DNA of 64,000 bases from Armatimonadota bacterium (lineage in GTDB: Bacteria > Armatimonadota > UBA5829 > DSUL01), in assembly GCA_039811685.1 (NCBI GenBank), contig JBDHZC010000004.1:274745-338744 (forward strand), in the 5' to 3' direction. A model generated the notes under the pieces. It saw only the letters and a program-made list of their open reading frames with translations. It was not told where the DNA came from and ran no database searches. This document shows, in pieces, positions 39,364-47,961 of this stretch. Position 1 is the first letter of the stretch; every line of letters begins with the position of its first letter. The translations under genes were made by a program, and so were the position numbers.

Positions 39364-40437
39364 TCAGTCCGCAGGAACTGCTATCACCGCTCCGCTCATG
39401 TAGGCGGTGTTTCTGGCGCCGTCATGAGCGAGCGCATCGCGAAACATCCAGGTGGCCGCCGGATTCTGATAGTCAACGAGTGATCCTTTAAGGGCGTGGT
39501 TGATTTCATAGGCTTGTCCAGTCACCGGACAGACAAATGGGTCACCCAAATACGCGTACGGCGCCAGGTCCTGCCGCAGATCAGCTTCCGTGCTGAACCT
39601 CGGGAGAAGCTGCATGTGGTCGTCGGCGAAGAACCTCACGCTCATAGCCAGTCTGGACAGGTGCTTCCGGCACCAAAACTCAGCGTCTATCAGCGTGCCA
39701 GCCACAACGATCCGCCCATCCCAGTAGGCTACAGTAGCCTCCGGTAGCTGTGGCGGATAATCCCAGATGAACGGATCCGTCAAACTGACCTGCGTCTCGT
39801 GGACTTCAGAAAACGCCGGGTTCACGACAAATGGTGTACCCGTCAGCGGGCTTACGAAAACGCTGTGGCTGTGTAGATAGGGATAGAGAACCTCTGGCAG
39901 AGCAGACGGGTTGTCCAGCTTCGGAAGGTAAGAGTTCCAGTCGTCCGTGTACATCTTCAGCGCCCGGGCCAGCCGCCGGACACGATCCGTGTTAATGTCA
40001 CGCGGCGAGCGCGTGTCTTTACCTGCCCGTTCCACATGACCGTCAAGAAAGGCAACTGTCGCCCGGCGGTTGGTGAGCGGCAGATCAGATACTGCGGGCA
40101 GCTTGTCCCAGTCTGTCACAACATCAAACACGGACGCGCCCGCAAGCGCCGGATTGGGGCGGAAGAACAGGCCAGTTGACTGGCACCAGAAGGTGGATGC
40201 TGAATCCACATAGTGTACAAGTGTTGCTTGAAGTTGGGCGGGCGTGGTCGCCGGAGGAAAGCGCCCGCCCCAGTCGTCAGCGTACAAACTCAATGCGCGC
40301 CCGACTTTCTGCGCATTGTCAGCGCACGCTTTACACGCATCCCTCTGTTCATCTATTCCCGCATGCACCGATGCAAGCTGGCACAGGGTCATCACCAAGG
40401 CTGCCCCTGTCCGCACAAGACTAGTTCGCATTGTCAT
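39364..40437 (-). CDS. Secreted protein with three tandem DUF1559-like (pilin-head-like) repeats
   Basis: Sec-type signal; three units L..Y/F.DD...LP...L.PY...F.CP.TG..N..VA(F/Y).DG; extended -10 TGgTATAGT at 40492-40500 (-). Confidence 0.65.
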   Translation of the reverse strand: MTMRTSLVRTGAALVMTLCQLASVHAGIDEQRDACKACADNAQKVGRALSLYADDWGGRFPPATTPAQLQATLVHYVDSASTFWCQSTGLFFRPNPALAGASVFDVVTDWDKLPAVSDLPLTNRRATVAFLDGHVERAGKDTRSPRDINTDRVRRLARALKMYTDDWNSYLPKLDNPSALPEVLYPYLHSHSVFVSPLTGTPFVVNPAFSEVHETQVSLTDPFIWDYPPQLPEATVAYWDGRIVVAGTLIDAEFWCRKHLSRLAMSVRFFADDHMQLLPRFSTEADLRQDLAPYAYLGDPFVCPVTGQAYEINHALKGSLVDYQNPAATWMFRDALAHDGARNTAYMSGAVIAVPAD

Positions 40438-40530
40438 TTCAGAATCTCCCGGTTGCAGACGAGGACGGCCACATCTTCCCGCTGTCATTCCACTATACCA
40501 CATCAGCGGTGGCAGCGGATTCTGGCGCAC

Positions 40531-41592
40531 CTACAGGGGCGGAGGTGGCGGTGGCGCGTCATCCTTCAGTTCGTCTTTCTTGGGCGCTGAAACGGAAGGC
40601 ACGCCGCCAGGCTTGATCGTGGCTGACTCTTTGTTCCAGTAGTTCGCCAACCAGTCCGCAATCGGCTCGTGATCGAAGCTGCACCAGCCCTTCCACGCCT
40701 CGCACGCGCCCTGCTGATAGAGGGTGATGCCGATAACGTAAGGATCCAGCTTGAGTTGAGAGTCGTACCACCTGAGCCAGTCTTCATACTTCGCCGCGCT
40801 GCCACGCGCCTGCCAGCCGTCCTTCTCCGCGTTTCCCACATTGTCCACGCCACCCTCGGTGAGAATCATTGGCATGTCAGCGAGGTCGGCGTACGGGCCG
40901 TTGAAATGGCTGTACCACTGCCGGTAGCGCAGCGAGTAGAACTCTTCAACTGACGGATCCTTTATGTACTGTATGGTGTAGCCGTGATAGCTCCACGCGC
41001 CGCCAACCTTCTTAGCGGCTCTTAGCGCCGGAGCGAACTCCAGAATACGCTCGAGACCAGCGTTCTTGCCGGACGGGTTGCCCACAGGGATACAGGCGAG
41101 TACAGGTTTGAAGCCAGCCTTTGTACATAGCTCTACAAACTTGATACTGAAGAGGGTGAACCAGGCCGTTGCTTCGCTCGATTCCCACGTCGGACATTCT
41201 CCCACCTCGTTGATGGCTTCGACATAGTCAATGAGCTTCCGATCCTTTTCAGAAAGCGCTCCGATACTCTTCCACAGCACATTGTCCCAGTGCCACTGAG
41301 CGCGTTCGACGGGGTCCTGATCCAGAGTGTAATGGTTGGTATGGTAAACGCGCAGTACCACTACGCCGCGCGGGTTGGCCTTTTTGTAGTCCCGGGCAGC
41401 GTCGATCATGGCGGACTGGGTGTCCAGAATCTTTAGAACTGGCATTCGGGCGCGCACCATCTTTTTTGTGCCAGGGGTATAAGCGCCAATCAGATGCATT
41501 CCAAGTTTGCTGGTGAACGGAGAAGGGCTGGCCGCGCAAACGCCAGTAGTTACGGCGCATCCGAGCGCAACTGCGAGAAGAGTCTTGATCAT
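40531..41592 (-). CDS. Secreted putative clan GH-A glycoside hydrolase-like protein
   Basis: Signal peptide; EAINE, SYHGY, ILTEGG pattern; poly-Pro C-terminus; GGAGG RBS. Confidence 0.55.
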   Translation of the reverse strand: MIKTLLAVALGCAVTTGVCAASPSPFTSKLGMHLIGAYTPGTKKMVRARMPVLKILDTQSAMIDAARDYKKANPRGVVVLRVYHTNHYTLDQDPVERAQWHWDNVLWKSIGALSEKDRKLIDYVEAINEVGECPTWESSEATAWFTLFSIKFVELCTKAGFKPVLACIPVGNPSGKNAGLERILEFAPALRAAKKVGGAWSYHGYTIQYIKDPSVEEFYSLRYRQWYSHFNGPYADLADMPMILTEGGVDNVGNAEKDGWQARGSAAKYEDWLRWYDSQLKLDPYVIGITLYQQGACEAWKGWCSFDHEPIADWLANYWNKESATIKPGGVPSVSAPKKDELKDDAPPPPPPL

Positions 41593-41692
41593 ATGCTGAC
41601 CTCCATAGTCCCAGTCAGAGCTACTTTCCTTAAGACGTAAGACATTGCCGGCAGGTTCTCCTGCTTTGCGTGACCAAGAAGCCTGCAGAGCT

Positions 41693-43708
41693 ATGAAAGA
41701 CAAAGATTTTCAACCCTCAAATGGTCTTCGTTTTGAAGATGACGCAAGGTTGTCATCGATCCTGTTGCCAGTCTCACGGAAGAAGCTGTCGAACAGTGAC
41801 GCGGCTCATTTGATATTTGAATTCGACGATGAGTCCGTCCTGACTTCTGATGAACTACTGTGGGAGCGCCAGGAGGCCAGCGGACCTGCCGGAGCCCGCG
41901 TGGACATCTCTGCCGATCCGGCCAGCCATGGAGACGGGGAGTCCGCGCTTTCACTCTGGTCACTGGAGATTCAAAACAACCGCGCGGCTCGCCTGGACAG
42001 TCTCACTGTCAATCTGCTGGCCTTAGCAGACGTGCCTGAGGACTGGTTCTGCACTTTGCCGTTTGGCGGTGGGTGGGCGGTGCGGCTTGCCGATTTTCCC
42101 GACGGCCACCCTGTAAGCCTGCGCTATCCTGTCCAGGGCTGCCTGCAGTGGCTGGATCTCTGGGGAGAGGATGAGGGGATTACGCTGCAGGTGCGCGATG
42201 GCGCCCCGTGGCTGAAAGACTTTATCGTCCGCCGGGATGGAAACGCGCTTCACATTTCCGTCCACTACCGCCACCTGGGACTGGAAGAAGGACAGGCTTT
42301 GCGCATGCCGCCGATTGCGCTCGGGGCCCACAAAGGCGACTGGCAGCGTGGCGCTGATGTGTACGCGAAGTGGCTGCAGAGCGTAGTTCCTGTCCCGGTG
42401 CGCGCGCCTGACTGGCTTCAGAGGGCGCCCGGATGGGCATGGGTGTCTGGTAAGGGTCAGTATAAGCAGACTATCTCTACAACATTCGCGGACCTTCCAC
42501 AACGGTCGGAGACGTATGCTTCGGCAGGCATGCCCACAATTCAGCTTGCCGCCTGGTTTGAACACGGGCACGATACGCGCTACCCGGACTATGTCGCGGG
42601 CGACAGCCTGGGAGGAGAGGCAGGGTTGAGAGCCGCCTCAGACGCTATTCGCAAATCCGGACGTCATCTTGCGCTGTACTCTAACGGCCGCCTGTTTGAT
42701 CCGCTTTCAGATTGCGCCCAGACGCACAAGGACTGGAAAGACTGGGCGATAGCGGCGCCCGAAGGCAAGACACTCAAAGAGTCCACAGCGCAGGAGTTTG
42801 TTGGGGTGACCACGGACGTTTCGTTGCCAGACTGGGATCCCCACGATCAGATCGCCAAGGAAATATACGGCCAAGTCACTTTCGCCACGATGTGCCCCTC
42901 AGCACCTGGCTGGCAGGAGCTGATCGCGGAGCGTCTCGGCCGCGCTGTGCGCGAGTACAACCCGGACGGACTTTACGTTGACCAGGTTCTCGGAGCCGTT
43001 GCTGTCCCGTGCTACTCCAGAGGGCACCAGCACCGAAAACCGTACGAATCCTGGATGGGGTACCACCGCCTTCTGTCACACCTGCGACAGACAGTGAAGG
43101 CGGCCAATCCGGACTGCTATCTTGCGACGGAAGGGTTTTCGGATATTCTCGGTCAGTATTTTGACCTGGTGCAATCACACAACGACTGGCCCGGTCCATG
43201 CCCGGAGGGCGCTTTTGCGTTTCCGGAGATGACCCGGCGCGCGGTTCCGTGGCTTATGCAGGCGGCGGGTCCTGTGAGGGAAGATCAGTTTGATATGCTC
43301 TGGCTGGCGCACGTCGCTGGCAGTGGTCTGGATGTAGCGTGCTTCAAGATCGCTCCAGATGGAGAGTTCGCCAGGCAGATTCACACTTTTATGGACTGGA
43401 GAGCTCGCTTTGGACCAGACATGTATGCCGGGCGCCCGGTCAATTGCTGGATTGCCGGTATGCCTGGCCGCCGCGTCGCTGCCACCAGATCGAGCAGAAT
43501 TGTCATTTGCGTGAGTATTCTGGACGGTAGCGAAGGTGACGCTCGCGTTCTGCTCGATTACAATCCGGGACAACTGAAGTGGGAATCCACCCGTGGCGCC
43601 GGCTCGGTTGATCCTGAGGCATCCGAAGACCGCTGGCTGGTGCGCATACCTGCCGCGCCGATGGCGATACTCTGGTCTGATAGCCACCAAAACTCTTCTG
43701 GAGACTGA
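41693..43708 (+). CDS. DUF6259-like putative glycoside hydrolase (GH36-like barrel)
   Basis: GDWQRGADVY.KW, YPDY...LGG, ALYSNGR, MCP, DGLYVDQ, CY...H.H. Confidence 0.6.
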   Translation: MKDKDFQPSNGLRFEDDARLSSILLPVSRKKLSNSDAAHLIFEFDDESVLTSDELLWERQEASGPAGARVDISADPASHGDGESALSLWSLEIQNNRAARLDSLTVNLLALADVPEDWFCTLPFGGGWAVRLADFPDGHPVSLRYPVQGCLQWLDLWGEDEGITLQVRDGAPWLKDFIVRRDGNALHISVHYRHLGLEEGQALRMPPIALGAHKGDWQRGADVYAKWLQSVVPVPVRAPDWLQRAPGWAWVSGKGQYKQTISTTFADLPQRSETYASAGMPTIQLAAWFEHGHDTRYPDYVAGDSLGGEAGLRAASDAIRKSGRHLALYSNGRLFDPLSDCAQTHKDWKDWAIAAPEGKTLKESTAQEFVGVTTDVSLPDWDPHDQIAKEIYGQVTFATMCPSAPGWQELIAERLGRAVREYNPDGLYVDQVLGAVAVPCYSRGHQHRKPYESWMGYHRLLSHLRQTVKAANPDCYLATEGFSDILGQYFDLVQSHNDWPGPCPEGAFAFPEMTRRAVPWLMQAAGPVREDQFDMLWLAHVAGSGLDVACFKIAPDGEFARQIHTFMDWRARFGPDMYAGRPVNCWIAGMPGRRVAATRSSRIVICVSILDGSEGDARVLLDYNPGQLKWESTRGAGSVDPEASEDRWLVRIPAAPMAILWSDSHQNSSGD

Positions 43709-43710
43709 AC

Positions 43711-46548
43711 ATGTCCTTTCTTGACGACTTTCGCGATCCGCCGCGCCAGTACGCGCCCGTGCCTTTCTGGTTCCTCAACGACAGGCTTGAGAAGGAGCGG
43801 CTGCAGTGGCAGGTTCGGGAGATGGCGGACAAACGCGTCTTTGGCGCTGTCATGCACGCGCGCCCAGGCCTTGTGACGCCCTACCTGACGGATGAATGGT
43901 TTGAGCGCATTGGCGACATCCTCGAGGAGGCTCGAAAACAGGGTATGTTCACGTGGATTTATGACGAATACCCGTGGATGAGCGGGATGGCAGAGTACCG
44001 CGTGCCAAAGATCCACCCTGATTTTCGCATTCGGGCACTGGATCGTCTGGAAAAGACGGTTGTGGGTCCGGGAAGCGTCACGTGGGATTTTGGCCCGGAT
44101 CTCCCGGAAGGTGCGGCGGAGGTTGTGGGAGCGGTTGTGTGCCCGCTGTCTCCGCAGGCTGCGAATGATTCGGCGAACAACACCTCTCTCCCTGTTCTTG
44201 GCGCAGGGCAGGATGTTTCCCACCTGATCGAAAATCGCTGCCTGTCACTAGAGGCGCCGGACGGGCCGTTTCTCATCAGCGTCTTCTATGAGAGGCTGTC
44301 TTACAATCCCTATGGTGACGGGTTCGGTCGAGACGCTGTCAGCGATCTGATGCATCCCGAAGCCATGCGCTGCTTCATAGATCTGACGCATCGAGAGTAC
44401 CAGCGCAGGTTCCCGGACTACTTCGGGCCAGTCATTACCGCGTCGTTTCTGGATGAGCCACCCGCAGACACTCCCGGGTGGTCGCGCCGTTTTCTCGACG
44501 AGTTCACCCAGCGCAAGGGTTATGACCTGCGCCCATTTCTTCCGTTGCTGTGGCATGACGCCGGGCGCATGAGCGCTCAGGCGCGCCTGGACTACCAGGA
44601 CGTGTTGGGACAGCTTTACGAGGAGAGCTTCTTCGGGCAGATTGAGCAGTGGTGCGAAGGCGCAGGAATCGCCTCAAGTGGTCATCTGCTTCTGGAAGAG
44701 ACCCTCGTGTTCCATGCGCGCTTTATGGGGGATTACTTCCGTTCGATGCGCCGTATGCACTATCCGGGCATCGACTACATATTCCCAGGAGACATTCCCG
44801 CCGTGACCTGCCGAGTGGCCGCGTCCGTAGCTTCTCTTTACGGACGTGAGCGCGTTATGAGCGAATGCTTTGCACTCACAGGCTGGGAGTTCACCTTCGA
44901 GCACATGAAGAAAATGACCGACTGGCAGCTTGTCCACGGAGTGAACTGCCTTGTGCCGCATGCGTTCTTCTACTCCAGCCGGGAGGACGAACCATGGGAG
45001 GATATTCCGAGTGATCTGGGCTTCCGATGGTTCGACTGTCCACCGTCGATGTTCTATCAACAGCCTTACTGGGACTACTATGGCGTCTATGCGGACTATC
45101 TACGCCGTCTGCAGTGGCTGAACAGCCAGGGCGAGCACGTCACGGATATTGCCGTATACTATCCAATTGAGACGGTTCAGGCAGATTTTGTGCCGACGAA
45201 GGAGTACACAAACGCTCACGCCTTCGAGATTCCCGGCGACTGGATGACTGCCGATTATCTCTGGGACGGCTCAGAGACAGAGCGAACGGACGCGCACTTC
45301 CGCTGCCTTGGAAACATGCTGCGGAACAAGGGTCTGGACTACGACGCTGTTGACGATGACTCTCTTCTGGCGTCTGAGTTGGAAAAGGACGCTATTGTTG
45401 TCCGTGGCCGCCGCCGCTACAAAGCGCTGATCCTTCCGCGCACGCGTTATCTCGCTGTGGACGTGTACCGGCAGATTGAACGTTTCTGGGAGCAGGGTGG
45501 GTCGGTTATCGCAACTGGCTGTCTTCCGGAATACGCCGTTGATGGGCTGGACTGCGACATGACCATCGCAGAGATCTCCAAGCGTATCTTCGGCTTGCAT
45601 CCACAGCGCCTGGAACATCTCCAGAAACATGGCCAGGATATCTCAATTGATACGCGGGCGCTCTACTTCTCAAGACCAGACACAAGTCTGGCATATGCTC
45701 TGCGCGAGCAGGGATTTGGCGATTTCCACTGCGACAATCCCAGCGTCTATTCGCACCATCGACACATTGAGAAAGCGGATGTCTATTTTCTCGTCCATCA
45801 CAGCTCAGAAGCCAGTGGCCCTGTGCACGTAGCTCTGAGCGGCGCAGGCGTCCCGCTTTTGTATGATCCACTCACTGCCTCTGTCCATCCGGTGGAGTAT
45901 GTTGTCCAACAGGACAAGATAGTGTGCCGCCTGTTCTTTGAAGCGCTCGAGTCTTACTTCATTGTTATTGCTCCGGCCGGCGTTGCCGCCGAAACGGGCG
46001 GAGTGCGGGCTCAGGTTTCTCTTATGCAGCCGGCTTGCAGCGTAAGCGGTCCCTGGCGTGTAAGGCTGGACAGGGGTGATGAGCATGAAATGCGGTTGTG
46101 CGATCTTCCGCCGCTGCCGGATTGGGAAAGCCTCCCGAAAGAGCATACGTGGAATGACCTTAAGCCTTGGGAGGAGCTTGGTCTGCTGGAGTTCTCTGGC
46201 GGAGCGACGTATGAGACAGTTTTCGAATGGGAGAGCGCTGTCCCGGAGAATGCCTGGCTCGATCTTGGTGAAGTTGGCATGGTAGCGGAAGTGTCCGTGA
46301 ACGGTGTCAATCTGGGAGTAGCGCTGTGGCGCTCGTACCGCTTCAATCTGAGTGGCGTGCTGAGACAGGGCAGGAACGATCTACGCGTTCGAGTCGTGAA
46401 CACTCTCGCCAACTCCATCCAGGCCAGCTATGGGAGCGGAAAAACCGAGACCAGAGCCAATGAAGGTCACATAAATCGCTATGCTCGTTACGAGCCCGGA
46501 CAACTGCGCTCCGGCCTCATCGGTCCTGTCCGCGTCCTGACGCTATAG
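43711..46548 (+). CDS. GH106-like (alpha-L-rhamnosidase family) glycoside hydrolase
   Basis: PVPFWFLN, HARPGL..YL..EWF, WIYDE, FLDEP, PGID, MSECF; C-terminal WLDLGEV..AEV.VNG..GLIGPV sugar-binding domain. Confidence 0.78.
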   Translation: MSFLDDFRDPPRQYAPVPFWFLNDRLEKERLQWQVREMADKRVFGAVMHARPGLVTPYLTDEWFERIGDILEEARKQGMFTWIYDEYPWMSGMAEYRVPKIHPDFRIRALDRLEKTVVGPGSVTWDFGPDLPEGAAEVVGAVVCPLSPQAANDSANNTSLPVLGAGQDVSHLIENRCLSLEAPDGPFLISVFYERLSYNPYGDGFGRDAVSDLMHPEAMRCFIDLTHREYQRRFPDYFGPVITASFLDEPPADTPGWSRRFLDEFTQRKGYDLRPFLPLLWHDAGRMSAQARLDYQDVLGQLYEESFFGQIEQWCEGAGIASSGHLLLEETLVFHARFMGDYFRSMRRMHYPGIDYIFPGDIPAVTCRVAASVASLYGRERVMSECFALTGWEFTFEHMKKMTDWQLVHGVNCLVPHAFFYSSREDEPWEDIPSDLGFRWFDCPPSMFYQQPYWDYYGVYADYLRRLQWLNSQGEHVTDIAVYYPIETVQADFVPTKEYTNAHAFEIPGDWMTADYLWDGSETERTDAHFRCLGNMLRNKGLDYDAVDDDSLLASELEKDAIVVRGRRRYKALILPRTRYLAVDVYRQIERFWEQGGSVIATGCLPEYAVDGLDCDMTIAEISKRIFGLHPQRLEHLQKHGQDISIDTRALYFSRPDTSLAYALREQGFGDFHCDNPSVYSHHRHIEKADVYFLVHHSSEASGPVHVALSGAGVPLLYDPLTASVHPVEYVVQQDKIVCRLFFEALESYFIVIAPAGVAAETGGVRAQVSLMQPACSVSGPWRVRLDRGDEHEMRLCDLPPLPDWESLPKEHTWNDLKPWEELGLLEFSGGATYETVFEWESAVPENAWLDLGEVGMVAEVSVNGVNLGVALWRSYRFNLSGVLRQGRNDLRVRVVNTLANSIQASYGSGKTETRANEGHINRYARYEPGQLRSGLIGPVRVLTL

Positions 46549-46553
46549 CGCGA

Positions 46554-47924
46554 TTACGGACTGCTTTCGGTCAGCTTGCGCGCGACGGCAGCGCTTCTTC
46601 TGGCGCATTCTGAAATGGCGATGGGGTGAAAGCCTGGAATCATCCCGTAGAGTGTGTCGTTGAGTGGCCTTGTCCACTTCTCCGGCAGCTTTTGCGCTCC
46701 GTAGCATGCGCCCCAGACAGAGCCCACTGTCGCGCCGTTGCAGTCCGTGTCCCAACCACCTGTCACAGCGCACACAATAGTCTTCTCGTAGTCGTCGGCG
46801 CCGAAAGCCAGGGCGGCAGCTACAAGCGCTGCGTTGTTGTTGGTGTGTACGCCGTCGTAGTGTCCCCAGCGCTTCCAGAGCTCGTCGTGCAGCTCATCCA
46901 TGTCCACCACTCGCAAACCGAGTTCTACCGCTTCAAGGACATCTTTATAGAGCCGGCTACTTCTTGGGATAAACTCAACACCGGCGCGTAAGGCTTGCAG
47001 CGAGCTTTCCTCAACAAACGCCGCAGCGATAGTTGCCGCCATGAGCATCTCGCCATAAATGCCATTCTTGACGTGCGAGAGCGCCGCATCCCTGTAAGCC
47101 AGTTCAGCCGCGAGCGCAGGGCGTCCAGCTGCGCCATATCCCCATCCGTCTGCGCGAATCTGTGCGCCTATCCATTCGCGAAATGGATTCAGATGCGTTC
47201 GAACCCAGGGAATGTCCTTTTCACTGATACCGCAACCGTGAATCTCAACCAGGTTCTGGTACGCGGCGCGCTCGGCAGTAAAGGTTTGGCCAATTGGCAG
47301 CGTGTTCAGCCACTCATAAGCCATATCTACTGTCGAAAAGTCCGCCCCTTTGTCTTCCAGCACCTTGAGCCCGAGAACGGTGTAGCGGATGTCGTCGTCC
47401 GTTTCCATGAAACGAATCCGCCCCCGCGTGCTGTCTGGGCAGCCGACATCAAACTTTTCCTCAACCACTCCAATGTCCGGAACATAGTCATCGAGCGGCC
47501 AGGCCTTTGCGGCTTTCAGGTATATCCGAATCCCCTGCCAGCCTCTGATTTCTGGAGTTCCGTTCATGTACGGCCCGCGCTCCAGCGGCTTTCCAAGGGC
47601 GCATCCAGCGCAGCGACCCAGCCACGCTGCCAGCATTCTGTCATCCAGCCCAGATATGTCAGCCGCAGGAGTTCCGGTGTATCTGGCTCGAAGTGCCGGA
47701 GAGGCCTGGACTATATCTTCCCATTCAGTCGGCTCATCAAAGGCAAAATCCGGCGCAACCTGAAGCTCCAGCATCTTTTTGTGGGCGCTAAGGATATCTT
47801 CGTTTGAGGACTCAGCCGTCACGGATCGCAGTGTCTGTTGAACCGCGTCCTCGGGGCAACCCTCTTCCGTACGTTGCCGCGCTTCGCACTCAAGCAGCCG
47901 ATACAGCCATTCACTTCGAGTCAA
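46554..47924 (-). CDS. ADP-ribosylglycohydrolase family protein
   Basis: GRCAGCALGKP.E, ETDDDIRY, WIGAQIRAD, GWDTDCNGATVGS. Confidence 0.88.
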   Translation of the reverse strand: MTRSEWLYRLLECEARQRTEEGCPEDAVQQTLRSVTAESSNEDILSAHKKMLELQVAPDFAFDEPTEWEDIVQASPALRARYTGTPAADISGLDDRMLAAWLGRCAGCALGKPLERGPYMNGTPEIRGWQGIRIYLKAAKAWPLDDYVPDIGVVEEKFDVGCPDSTRGRIRFMETDDDIRYTVLGLKVLEDKGADFSTVDMAYEWLNTLPIGQTFTAERAAYQNLVEIHGCGISEKDIPWVRTHLNPFREWIGAQIRADGWGYGAAGRPALAAELAYRDAALSHVKNGIYGEMLMAATIAAAFVEESSLQALRAGVEFIPRSSRLYKDVLEAVELGLRVVDMDELHDELWKRWGHYDGVHTNNNAALVAAALAFGADDYEKTIVCAVTGGWDTDCNGATVGSVWGACYGAQKLPEKWTRPLNDTLYGMIPGFHPIAISECARRSAAVARKLTESSP

Positions 47925-47961
47925 GACAGTCTCCTCTGTTCTAGGGATGTTTCACAGGCAG

